From a virus (Duplodnaviria; Heunggongvirae; Uroviricota; Caudoviricetes), in the IMG/VR virus record IMGVR_UViG_2703718792_000011, positions 1-19,384 of that record: DNA of 19,384 bases; one strand, 5' to 3'. The notes beneath the pieces are model-generated. The model was not told the origin of the DNA and ran no database searches. It worked only from the letters and a program-made list of their open reading frames with translations. How positions within the stretch are numbered: position 1 is the stretch's first letter; each line of letters starts with the position of its first letter. Shown here in pieces: positions 1-7,049 of the stretch. The position numbers were made by a program, and so were the translations under genes.

Positions 1-1314
1 CTAACCCACTGATTTTAATAAGTCTCTTGTGTCACTTTGGTGACCATGGGACATCATTGGGACATAATCTGCCAGCTTCTGATTCAGCATTGCGATCTGT
101 TCTGCATTACTGTCAGTCATCCATGCTCCGTATACATTGAACACCATCTGGGCACTTGCATGACCCATCTGGCTGGCAATGAAGCTTGGGTTTGCTCCGG
201 CAGATAATGACCAGCACGCATAAGTGTGTCGTGACTGGTATGCTTTCCGGTGCCTGATGCCCGCACGCTTAATGGCTGTTTCCCATGAGTCGCCAATAGA
301 ATCTACCTTGTAGATAAAACCGACCTGTTTGCTTTTTCTAACCACCTGGGGGTTAAATACGAAAGTACATTCATGATTCACTGAACGCCCATATTCACGT
401 AGTTGAACCTTGATGTGGTGCTGCTTACCCAGTCTTGTCATTTCAGCCTGATTTTTCAGGACACTGATAGCGGGCTGGATAAGATGCACAACCCTGTTTG
501 TACTTGCTTCAGTTTTAGGTAGAGTGAACTCACCGAGTTTCGTATAATTGCGCCTGATAGTAATAGTTCCTGCTTTCAGATCGATATCTTCCCAGGCCAG
601 GGAGACCAGTTCACCGTGACGCATTCCTGTGTACACAGCCAATGACCACAGGTTTTTCGTCTGCTGATGTCGGCAAGCATCTATCAGGCGAATAAATTCG
701 TCACGAGTTAGCGGATCTGGCTCTGCCCTGGCTCTTTTAAGAGGCTTAATTCCCTGGAAAGGATTTGCTTCTAAGTAACCGTGATCTGCAGCAAACTGAA
801 ACATTCCAGCGATTGTCGTCATGTAATAATTTACAGTAACGACGCTCCGTCCTTTTGCTGCTGCTTTGTTTTTCGTTGAATTCTGATATCCGGTCAGCAA
901 ATCTTTCCTGATATACAGCAATTCCTCTTTAGTTACCGATGACATCAGTCTGCTGCCTCCAATTTTCGGAACCATCGTTCTTGCAACGGATTCATAGCGA
1001 TTGAATGCATTTGCAGAGATTTCCATTCGTTTCAGATCCAGCCACTTTTCTTCAAGTTCCTTCACCGTAATTTCTTTTTTACTTACCCCAAAAGCCTTGA
1101 GGTTAGGAGAGTCAGGGAACTGCGCAGCGTAATCAAAGTTTCCTGTACGAATAGCAAAACATACAGATGTCCGCAGCTCTCCGGCGATCTTCCTGTTCTT
1201 GGCAGTGTCAGGGACACCAAGATTTTCCCTGACACGTTTACCTTTAAAATTAAACCAGATGCGTAATGTGCCACCGTGGTTTTCGACGCCTGTTGGATAT
1301 TTGACTTTATCCAT
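1..1314 (-). CDS. int: Phage tyrosine integrase (site-specific recombinase), complete; stop codon at window positions 1..3
   Basis: 437-aa ORF with a basic N-terminal arm-binding-like region and a C-terminal catalytic region (R...HxxR...Y-type motifs such as SRHTYA and VYGAW). GGAGG Shine-Dalgarno 6 nt upstream of the ATG at 1314. Sits at the terminus of a leftward operon, as expected for a prophage int. Confidence 0.9.
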   Translation of the reverse strand: MDKVKYPTGVENHGGTLRIWFNFKGKRVRENLGVPDTAKNRKIAGELRTSVCFAIRTGNFDYAAQFPDSPNLKAFGVSKKEITVKELEEKWLDLKRMEISANAFNRYESVARTMVPKIGGSRLMSSVTKEELLYIRKDLLTGYQNSTKNKAAAKGRSVVTVNYYMTTIAGMFQFAADHGYLEANPFQGIKPLKRARAEPDPLTRDEFIRLIDACRHQQTKNLWSLAVYTGMRHGELVSLAWEDIDLKAGTITIRRNYTKLGEFTLPKTEASTNRVVHLIQPAISVLKNQAEMTRLGKQHHIKVQLREYGRSVNHECTFVFNPQVVRKSKQVGFIYKVDSIGDSWETAIKRAGIRHRKAYQSRHTYACWSLSAGANPSFIASQMGHASAQMVFNVYGAWMTDSNAEQIAMLNQKLADYVPMMSHGHQSDTRDLLKSVG

Positions 1315-1369
1315 TGATACCTCCAGACGCCCAAGAGCGATACGAGCTTACATACTTCATGGCATTAAA

Positions 1370-1606
1370 TCACCCAGGTTGTTTGTTTTTCATTGAAGCG
1401 ACCCAGGCATCTATTGCTTTTCTGTTATACATACATTCACTGGAAGGCTTTGGATTACCGTCTGGTGATACGTGAATATACTCTCTTCCAACCATCCAGC
1501 ATTCTTTCCGGGCCCGAAGAATTGTGCCTGGTTTGAGCCCGGTAATTGCGATTAGAACGCTTTCACAAACCCATTCATTGGGAGCCAGTTGAATCACATT
1601 GCCCAT
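1370..1606 (-). CDS. Excisionase-like small DNA-binding protein (DUF1233-type putative excisionase)
   Basis: 78-aa ORF directly upstream of int on the same strand. The sequence MGNVIQLAPNEWVCESVLIAITGLKPGTILRARKE...REYIHVSPDGNPKP resembles the putative-excisionase family as I recall it. GAGG sits just upstream of the ATG. Confidence 0.55.
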   Translation of the reverse strand: MGNVIQLAPNEWVCESVLIAITGLKPGTILRARKECWMVGREYIHVSPDGNPKPSSECMYNRKAIDAWVASMKNKQPG

Positions 1607-1614
1607 GCATTACC

Positions 1615-1761
1615 TCACACAACACCCAGCCCACGGCAGTGGCCCCACACTTCAAACATTCGTTTCACAATTTCACGACAGTAGAAACCGTCAACATCTC
1701 GTGTCAGGTCATAGCGATTGCCGTAACGCTGGTGGACCCATCGTTCAAATGCTTTATTCAT
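1615..1761 (-). CDS. Small hypothetical protein (48 aa), not in the ORF track because it is under 60 aa
   Basis: Hand translation of the - strand gives MNKAFERWVHQRYGNRYDLTRDVDGFYCREIVKRMFEVWGHCRGLGVV. AAGGAAG lies 6 nt upstream of the ATG, which is 4 nt after the stop of the upstream gene, and its own stop is 9 nt from the xis-like start. Packing is consistent with a real gene. Confidence 0.35.
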   Translation of the reverse strand: MNKAFERWVHQRYGNRYDLTRDVDGFYCREIVKRMFEVWGHCRGLGVV

Positions 1762-1764
1762 TCT

Positions 1765-2007
1765 TTACTTCCTTTTCATGGCTCGTAATTTTTTCAGATG
1801 AGCTTCCTGCTCTGTTTCTGCCAGAATTTGTCGGTATTCCTGGTGATCGATCCGTTCAAACAGTTCATTAAAATCGTTTATTTTTACCGACTGTGTTCGC
1901 CCATCCATTCTTCTGTACAACACGATGTTATTTATGCAGCGAATAATTTTTACCGGGTAACCGGCACTGTCGGTATACAGTTGCCCTTGATTAATCAAAG
2001 CGAACAT
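1765..2007 (-). CDS. Hypothetical early-left protein (80 aa)
   Basis: The ORF track gives 1765..2130, but the internal ATG at 2007 is preceded by AGGAG (4-nt spacer) and follows the upstream gene stop at 2039. Protein MFALINQGQLYTDSAGYPVKIIRC... has no family I recognise. Confidence 0.6.
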   Translation of the reverse strand: MFALINQGQLYTDSAGYPVKIIRCINNIVLYRRMDGRTQSVKINDFNELFERIDHQEYRQILAETEQEAHLKKLRAMKRK

Positions 2008-2038
2008 TTTTTCTCCTGTTCCCTGAGTTGTGAGAACT

Positions 2039-2419
2039 TCAGAGCCGTAAGTTGGTAGCGGGTTCAATACTGATAATTTCTGCTGAGATAAGCATTCCGG
2101 CAAGCCATAGCTCTCCGGACAGGTCTTCATCCTGGCATGTCAGTTCGCCAATATTAATGGTGGCCATGATATCCGTTCCACCTGTGCGCTCATTCCGGAC
2201 TTCTTCATAAGGCAGCGTTTCGTACAGGCTTTCAATAGCGCAACTGATAACATCGAGTCCGGTCAGGTTGCCACCGACAGTGACTTCGAATGTTTCGCGG
2301 TATTCCCATAGTCCGAAAGTTAATCGAACAGTTTGTTTTGCCATGCGTCCGCATAACGTCAGATTTGGGTCATAGTTCATAACTTCAGATGAGGAACATT
2401 GTGTCTCGATGCTATTCAT
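2039..2419 (-). CDS. Hypothetical strongly acidic early-left protein (126 aa)
   Basis: ORF with AGGAG 6 nt upstream of the ATG; the SD overlaps the stop of the upstream gene. By approximate hand count about 20 D/E against 7 K/R. No recognisable domain. Confidence 0.65.
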   Translation of the reverse strand: MNSIETQCSSSEVMNYDPNLTLCGRMAKQTVRLTFGLWEYRETFEVTVGGNLTGLDVISCAIESLYETLPYEEVRNERTGGTDIMATINIGELTCQDEDLSGELWLAGMLISAEIISIEPATNLRL

Positions 2420-2423
2420 TTTG

Positions 2424-2696
2424 TTACTCCTGATTTTTTCGGATTGCCTTTTTCAATTTTTTACCGTTATTCACGTTACAGTAAATTTCGGCAAGTTCGC
2501 GTGATAACATTATTTCTCCGTTATTTTTATCTATAGCAATGTGATCGGGATTATCACGAATAAATTTCTTTATCATTGGCATTGCCATAAACTCTTCTGG
2601 CGTATAGATGCGTGTATGGCGGCGAACGTGTTTTATCACAGGTGTTTTATGTTTTGATTCAACCTGAAATACATTAATTTTATTTTGATTTGCCAT
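2424..2696 (-). CDS. Hypothetical basic early-left protein (90 aa)
   Basis: ORF in operon context, starting 7 nt after the stop of the upstream gene with no clear SD (translational coupling possible). K/R-rich, with a C-terminal KKLKKAIRK stretch. Confidence 0.55.
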   Translation of the reverse strand: MANQNKINVFQVESKHKTPVIKHVRRHTRIYTPEEFMAMPMIKKFIRDNPDHIAIDKNNGEIMLSRELAEIYCNVNNGKKLKKAIRKNQE

Positions 2697-2703
2697 GTGT
2701 AAT

Positions 2704-3285
2704 TTAATGTGTCACTGGTGCTTCTGGTATACCATGAGTATTCAGATCGTGAATCATTTCATCCAGAAGGAGTTCAAGCCCTTCGCGGCCCATAGCAGAG
2801 ACAATGAAACCATTATCAGGATCTGCGATGAGCATTTTTTGATAGAGAAACAGAACTCGCCCCATGCCTTCAGCTTCGCCATATTTTTCAATGAATCCCC
2901 ATTCGACATGGTTTTGCAGGGCAATGCGAATTGGTTCAGGGTATATACTCATGCAACCATATTTCCCCTTATAAATAACTGCACGATATGTAGTCCCATT
3001 ATCGTTAGGGATATCAACGGTGCCGTTCCTGACTTCCTCTTCATTTATAAACGTCGTAACATACAGCCAGCGCCATTGAGCAACTTTCATATCGACGGAT
3101 AATTTTCCCAGCAATCCGGCATCATCCGCTTCAGCAAGGCACTGAAGAATTCTTAAACCGCGTGAATTTGGATAATCATATTCACCATCATTAAGTCGCT
3201 GTACGGCCTCGGCATAATCTATGGTTGTATTGCCAATTTTTATACCGTGTGGCGTAACTTCTGGTCGGAACTCTGAATGATTCAT
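2704..3285 (-). CDS. Hypothetical early-left protein (193 aa), net acidic
   Basis: Start placed at the internal ATG 3285 (AAGGAG with 8-nt spacer) rather than the track start at 3342. ATGA start/stop overlap with the upstream gene. No recognisable domain. Confidence 0.7.
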   Translation of the reverse strand: MNHSEFRPEVTPHGIKIGNTTIDYAEAVQRLNDGEYDYPNSRGLRILQCLAEADDAGLLGKLSVDMKVAQWRWLYVTTFINEEEVRNGTVDIPNDNGTTYRAVIYKGKYGCMSIYPEPIRIALQNHVEWGFIEKYGEAEGMGRVLFLYQKMLIADPDNGFIVSAMGREGLELLLDEMIHDLNTHGIPEAPVTH

Positions 3286-3470
3286 AATGTTTGCTCCTTT
3301 GCTGGTGGAATAATCGTGTAACCCGCTCTTTTTGCCATCCACAGAAATGTATCCATGCAGCCAACGAATTCATTATCCAACAGATGTTTTGAGTAAATTA
3401 CTTCACCATTTTCAATGGTTAGCAACACTCTTGCTTTTTTATGGGTTATGTTTTGTTGTTTTTCTTCCAT
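3282..3470 (-). CDS. Hypothetical small early-left protein (62 aa)
   Basis: Start placed at ATG 3470 (GGGAGA with 7-nt spacer); stop overlaps the start of the downstream gene (ATGA). Confidence 0.55.
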   Translation of the reverse strand: MEEKQQNITHKKARVLLTIENGEVIYSKHLLDNEFVGCMDTFLWMAKRAGYTIIPPAKEQTL

Positions 3471-3474
3471 TGAC

Positions 3475-3588
3475 TTATCTCCCATATGCTTTGCGCAAAT
3501 ACAGGTTGGCTATATGAAGATAAGAATCTCCATGTTGTGCAATGAGGCAGGCAGTTTTATACGATGCCTTATGTTTCAGGAAAGTCAT
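3475..3588 (-). CDS. Possible small protein (37 aa), not in the ORF track
   Basis: Hand translation gives MTFLKHKASYKTACLIAQHGDSYLHIANLYLRKAYGR. AGGAG lies 8 nt upstream of the ATG, and its TAA stop lies within the SD of the next gene. Short, so uncertain. Confidence 0.25.
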   Translation of the reverse strand: MTFLKHKASYKTACLIAQHGDSYLHIANLYLRKAYGR

Positions 3589-3666
3589 GACATAATCTCC
3601 TGCGAATAAAGGTTGCAACAATCCCCGGCGATAAAACCGTAATAAACATTCAGGGAATATTTATTG

Positions 3667-4032
3667 TTATTGCGCTAATTCTTTTTCGGCAGCAGCTTTT
3701 GCATACTCACATGCAAAATTCAGAATTTCGCTGCCGAGTGTTTTCGTTTCGTGATTACTGGAAATATGTAATACCTGTGTTGCATGCAATAAATGATAAA
3801 CATTTACCGCAAATGAATCAGGCTCCAGACAAATGCCTTCATAATCATCTTGTTGTGAGGTTGTTTCTGTCATTGCTCCTGAAGTGCATGCGAGCCTGTT
3901 TTTGACAATTCTCTTTCCTCTAATCACTATATCGGCAACATCTATTGCCTTCACAACCTCCGGGAGAAGTTCCTGGTTTGTATAATCAAAGTTATCAACA
4001 TGGAGAACAGTTATGTTTTCGAACTTTTTCAT
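3667..4032 (-). CDS. Hypothetical early-left protein (121 aa), net acidic
   Basis: ORF with GAGGAA 3 nt upstream of the ATG at 4032. No recognisable domain. Confidence 0.65.
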   Translation of the reverse strand: MKKFENITVLHVDNFDYTNQELLPEVVKAIDVADIVIRGKRIVKNRLACTSGAMTETTSQQDDYEGICLEPDSFAVNVYHLLHATQVLHISSNHETKTLGSEILNFACEYAKAAAEKELAQ

Positions 4033-4160
4033 GGCTTCCTCAGCTGACTTATATGTTCTGCTATATAGCGAGTCTCAGAAGTGTTTTCATATTGAGACTG
4101 TTTCCGCAATGATTGATAAAAATGTTCGCATGTACCTTGAGGGGCGAAGCGGCGATTATG

Positions 4161-4667
4161 TCACCATTGGTATTGGTTCTTCCGTAGAAGAGCTTCGCGA
4201 GATAAGGGGCAAACTTGTTGAGATGCGTCATGGTGTTGCTGTTCCTCACTTTTTGGTTGCTCCGGAGGAGTAACCTCACCAGTTAACAGCCACATCGGAT
4301 CGCAGCCAAGAATATTTGCCAGTGGGATAAGCATACTGATAGTTGGTTCATACTCTCCGCTCTCCCACTGGATGATAATTTCTTCATCGAGATCGAGCAG
4401 CTTGGCGAGTTCGGCGGTTGTTAAGCCGCAGGCTTCGCGTTGGGTGCGAATCCGATTCTGGGAATTAATAGCTAAATTTTGTTTGCATAAACGCGACGCT
4501 GTGAGGCTATATTTTTGAGTTACAGCCAGGATGGAGCTGGCAAGTTCAATTAACTCAGGGTTATTGCTGCTATACAGTAGTGCACCAGCCCCGACTAAGA
4601 GCTGAATATTCTCAAGAGCATCGTGCTGATTTGTTGGTAACCCCATATACGATGACATTTTTCTCAT
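4161..4667 (-). CDS. Helix-turn-helix (XRE/Cro-C1 type) domain protein with an N-terminal extension of about 60 aa and a C-terminal tail; first gene leftward of cI
   Basis: 168-aa ORF. The central segment IRTQREACGLTTAELAKLLDLDEEIIIQWESGEYEPTISMLIPLANILGCDPMWLL matches the XRE HTH pattern. GAGGA precedes the start region. It has its own promoter (4708..4736) and is separated from cI by an intrinsic terminator. Confidence 0.7.
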   Translation of the reverse strand: MRKMSSYMGLPTNQHDALENIQLLVGAGALLYSSNNPELIELASSILAVTQKYSLTASRLCKQNLAINSQNRIRTQREACGLTTAELAKLLDLDEEIIIQWESGEYEPTISMLIPLANILGCDPMWLLTGEVTPPEQPKSEEQQHHDASQQVCPLSREALLRKNQYQW

Positions 4668-4707
4668 CCTCTATAATTGCTTTGGTGAGTTCGATACTTA
4701 TGCCATA

Positions 4708-4736
4708 ATAATAGGTTTACCGATTGTGTCTGTCAA
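4708..4736 (-). promoter_or_regulatory. Near-consensus sigma70 promoter for the HTH gene (TTGACA, 17 nt, TATTAT on the - strand); candidate PL
   Basis: On the - strand the -35 TTGACA is the complement of 4731..4736 and the -10 TATTAT is the complement of 4708..4713, with a 17-nt spacer. It lies about 40 nt upstream of the ATG at 4667. Confidence 0.55.
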
Positions 4737-4741
4737 TCGGT
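4719..4741. promoter_or_regulatory. Perfect 8-bp-arm inverted repeat ACCGATTG-N7-CAATCGGT overlapping the -35 and spacer of the promoter above; candidate operator
   Basis: Read directly from the sequence: ACCGATTG at 4719..4726 and CAATCGGT at 4734..4741. Confidence 0.5.
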
Positions 4742-4756
4742 TTATCGATTTTTTCC

Positions 4757-4782
4757 AAAAAAAAGCCCACTTAAGAGTGGGC
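4757..4782 (-). terminator. Rho-independent terminator for the leftward cI transcript
   Basis: GCCCACT-TAAG-AGTGGGC hairpin (4765..4782) preceded on the + strand by eight A (4757..4764), giving a hairpin plus U8 on the - strand transcript. Lies 20 to 45 nt downstream of the cI stop. Confidence 0.75.
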
Positions 4783-4800
4783 GGGTTAAATGATTTTTGC

Positions 4801-5493
4801 TTATGCAAAACGGTGTAGTGTCATAGGCCAACTGACAATTACTTTTCCGTCAATGTGAAGTTGTTCAAAGTCTTCCGGTTCGATAGCCCAATCCTTGTAA
4901 GCTGGGTTGTCAGATATCACCGTTAGAGTATCTTTGATTTTTTGAAGTCTTTTGATGTGCGATGTTCCAGAGTATGTAAAGGCGTATATACCATCACCAT
5001 TAAATGTGCGAACTGATACATCTACAAATACCAAGTCTTCAGGGTCTATTGTGCCTTTCATACTGTCGCCGTGGGCGTTTATTGCTTTGATTGCTGATGC
5101 TGGTCTGCCGCCAAAAACTCTTGATGCGTATCCTGGTTCTATCGCTATAGATCTGACAATGTCAGGAAAATCAGAGTTATAACTACCAGGTCCGCAACTA
5201 TATCTGATGTCTAAAACATCCACGACATACGAATCAGTAACCCAATCCTCAGAAATGTTACGTATTTGGTGTGAGTCTGCAGAGGTCACGATTTCCATTG
5301 GGCCAACACCCGATGCGAGCCATTCCGGGTTAACGCCCAAAACTTTTGCTATTTCGACTGTTTTTCTGGAACCGTTGGCTTTGTTAAGTAGTTGATTGAC
5401 ACTGGACTGAGCCATACCCACTTCTTTGGCCAGCCTACCTTGCGTAAATTTTGCGTTGCGCATAGCTAAATCAAGTCGTTCTGAAAATGTCAT
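4801..5493 (-). CDS. cI: cI-type prophage repressor (N-terminal HTH, C-terminal LexA-like S24 peptidase autocleavage domain)
   Basis: 230-aa ORF. N-terminus has an HTH (FTQGRLAKEVGMAQSSVNQLL). C-terminus has the Ser/Lys dyad context (GDSM ... HIKRL) typical of S24 repressors. GGAGG precedes the ATG. It is divergent from the cro-like gene. Confidence 0.9.
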   Translation of the reverse strand: MTFSERLDLAMRNAKFTQGRLAKEVGMAQSSVNQLLNKANGSRKTVEIAKVLGVNPEWLASGVGPMEIVTSADSHQIRNISEDWVTDSYVVDVLDIRYSCGPGSYNSDFPDIVRSIAIEPGYASRVFGGRPASAIKAINAHGDSMKGTIDPEDLVFVDVSVRTFNGDGIYAFTYSGTSHIKRLQKIKDTLTVISDNPAYKDWAIEPEDFEQLHIDGKVIVSWPMTLHRFA

Positions 5494-5527
5494 TGCGATT
5501 TTCCTCCCCTCTCTATCTTGGCTAGTC

Positions 5528-5543
5528 TATCGGCTTTCCGATA
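5528..5543. promoter_or_regulatory. 16-bp perfect palindrome TATCGGCTTTCCGATA in the cI/cro intergenic region; candidate OR operator
   Basis: Read directly from the sequence. A partially similar half-site, TATCGCTTTTCC, lies at 5566..5577 inside the putative PR spacer. Confidence 0.5.
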
Positions 5544-5561
5544 AATGTTCTAGGTTTAACG

Positions 5562-5590
5562 TTGAATATCGCTTTTCCTGTTGTTATTAT
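5562..5590 (+). promoter_or_regulatory. Candidate PR promoter for the cro-like gene (TTGAAT, 17 nt, TATTAT)
   Basis: -35 at 5562..5567 and -10 at 5585..5590, about 22 nt upstream of the cro ATG. Confidence 0.5.
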
Positions 5591-5612
5591 GCGTTCAATA
5601 GGAGATGCGATT

Positions 5613-5858
5613 ATGAAACATAAAGCCATAGAGAAAGCTATTGAGATTCTTGGAAGTCAGCAAGCCTTAGCCAAGCGATGCGGAAAGGCCCAGTCAACAG
5701 TCTGCGATTGGTTGAACTGCAAGAACAAGATTTCACCAGAATTTGTGCCGTTATTGGTTGCAGCTGTCGACGGAAAGATCCAGGCGTATGAATTTCGTCC
5801 AGACCTACCAGAGCTTTTTCCACATCCAAGCTTAGCGCACACAGAGGATGAGAAGTGA
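5613..5858 (+). CDS. cro: Cro-like HTH regulator (YdaS/Cro family), 81 aa
   Basis: Start placed at ATG 5613 (GGAGA with 7-nt spacer); the track start at 5562 lacks an RBS. The motif ILGSQQALAKRCGKAQSTVCDWLN matches the YdaS-type Cro HTH pattern as I recall it. Divergent from cI. Confidence 0.8.
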   Translation: MKHKAIEKAIEILGSQQALAKRCGKAQSTVCDWLNCKNKISPEFVPLLVAAVDGKIQAYEFRPDLPELFPHPSLAHTEDEK

Positions 5859-5928
5859 TGGTGGTGATATGAGCGAAAAAATAACTATTAAATACGATGG
5901 GGCAACCATTTCGATTACCCCAATCACA

Positions 5929-6222
5929 TTAGCGTTCGCTGAGAAGTTGTTGGTAAGCCTTAAAGGATGCGAACTGCATTCTACCTTCGGCATTGATTCC
6001 AATGCCTTCGCTTGTACACCAGGCGATGAACTCGGCTGTATCCGCTTCAACTTTAATAACTCGTTGCCCGCTTCTTTCGACACGCTTAATCAATTTTTCA
6101 GCGTCGTGTTTCCACTCGGTGTAACTGTCGGAGAGCACATCAGCATCAGTAAAAATATTTTTGAGCTCATGATACTGAATCGCATCGCGAAACCAGAATA
6201 AACCAACGGCCTGAACTTTCAT
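5929..6222 (-). CDS. Hypothetical protein (97 aa) encoded antisense within the rightward early operon
   Basis: AAGGAGG lies 6 nt upstream of the ATG at 6222. It is convergent with cro and divergent from rha. No recognisable domain. The overlapping + strand ORF 5848..6201 has no RBS. Confidence 0.7.
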   Translation of the reverse strand: MKVQAVGLFWFRDAIQYHELKNIFTDADVLSDSYTEWKHDAEKLIKRVERSGQRVIKVEADTAEFIAWCTSEGIGINAEGRMQFASFKAYQQLLSER

Positions 6223-6335
6223 GTCGAACCTCCTTTGGTTCTTTTGTTTATAGGGATCAACAGGATAACTGAAGGAAGGTTCGGCACCAATAAGTACGAA
6301 TGTGCGGAATCTTAAAAGAATTTATCCGTAAGGAG

Positions 6336-7049
6336 ATGGCAGTGAACACCGCAATTTTTAACGGCAAAGCATCCATGACCAGCCTTGAAATCGCAGAGTT
6401 GGTGGGCAGCCAACACAAAGATGTTAAGCGCAGCATTGAAAGGCTCATGGATAAGGGGATTATTCGAAGTGCGCCAATGGCGAATTTCGAAATAATCAAC
6501 AACTTAGGATTAAAACGAAATGTAGGTGCTTACATCTTCGAAGGCGAACAAGGTAAGCGCGACAGCATCATTGTCGTCGCACAGCTTTGTCCCGAATTCA
6601 CAGCCCGCCTGGTAGATCGCTGGCGTGAACTGGAAGAACAGATCCGTAAGCCAATGAGCGAAATCGAAATGGTTGCCGCGATGGCTCTTGAAGCTGTTCG
6701 TCAGCAGAAACGGATCATTCAGGTGGAAGAAAAAGTCAGCCACGTTGCCGAAACAGTTGAGCAAATCAAAAAGGGCACCATTCGTGAGGGCTATGCCGGA
6801 TATCGCCAACTGAAAGCGAAAACCGGTTTGTCAGATGATAAATGCCGCAATCTGGTGAACGCTTATCAAATTCCTACAGACACCCACGAGTTCATGACGC
6901 CGGACGGATTGTTATCACGTCGCGCAATTGTTGCTGTGGAACCGTTTATGGCTGCTTTTTATCGGGTTATGGAGGAAGCAGAACCGCGAGGGACTCGCTG
7001 GTATCACCCGAAAATGGGGTTATTTCAGGTTATTGGCTGGCAGCGGTGA
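6336..7049 (+). CDS. rha: Phage regulatory protein Rha family (antirepressor-like)
   Basis: The N-terminal motif MTSLEIAELVGSQHKDVKRSIERL is characteristic of the Rha family as I recall it. AAGGAG abuts the ATG at 6336, so an alternative GTG start at 6342 (6-nt spacer) is possible. Confidence 0.8.
   Translation: MAVNTAIFNGKASMTSLEIAELVGSQHKDVKRSIERLMDKGIIRSAPMANFEIINNLGLKRNVGAYIFEGEQGKRDSIIVVAQLCPEFTARLVDRWRELEEQIRKPMSEIEMVAAMALEAVRQQKRIIQVEEKVSHVAETVEQIKKGTIREGYAGYRQLKAKTGLSDDKCRNLVNAYQIPTDTHEFMTPDGLLSRRAIVAVEPFMAAFYRVMEEAEPRGTRWYHPKMGLFQVIGWQR

Noticed and set aside
1083-1396. Track ORFs 1083..1334 (-) and 1199..1396 (+) overlapping the integrase 5' end
   Set aside because: They overlap the integrase coding region or the int-xis junction and lack RBS; they are shadow ORFs.
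4013-4273. 86-aa + strand ORF (internal start MIDKNV... at 4109) overlapping the 3' end of the HTH gene
   Set aside because: No SD before either ATG, and it is antisense to a better-supported gene. Cannot be excluded without expression data.
5848-6201. 117-aa + strand ORF antisense to gene 5929..6222
   Set aside because: No ribosome-binding site. It overlaps almost entirely a - strand gene with a very strong SD (AAGGAGG), so it is most likely a shadow ORF.
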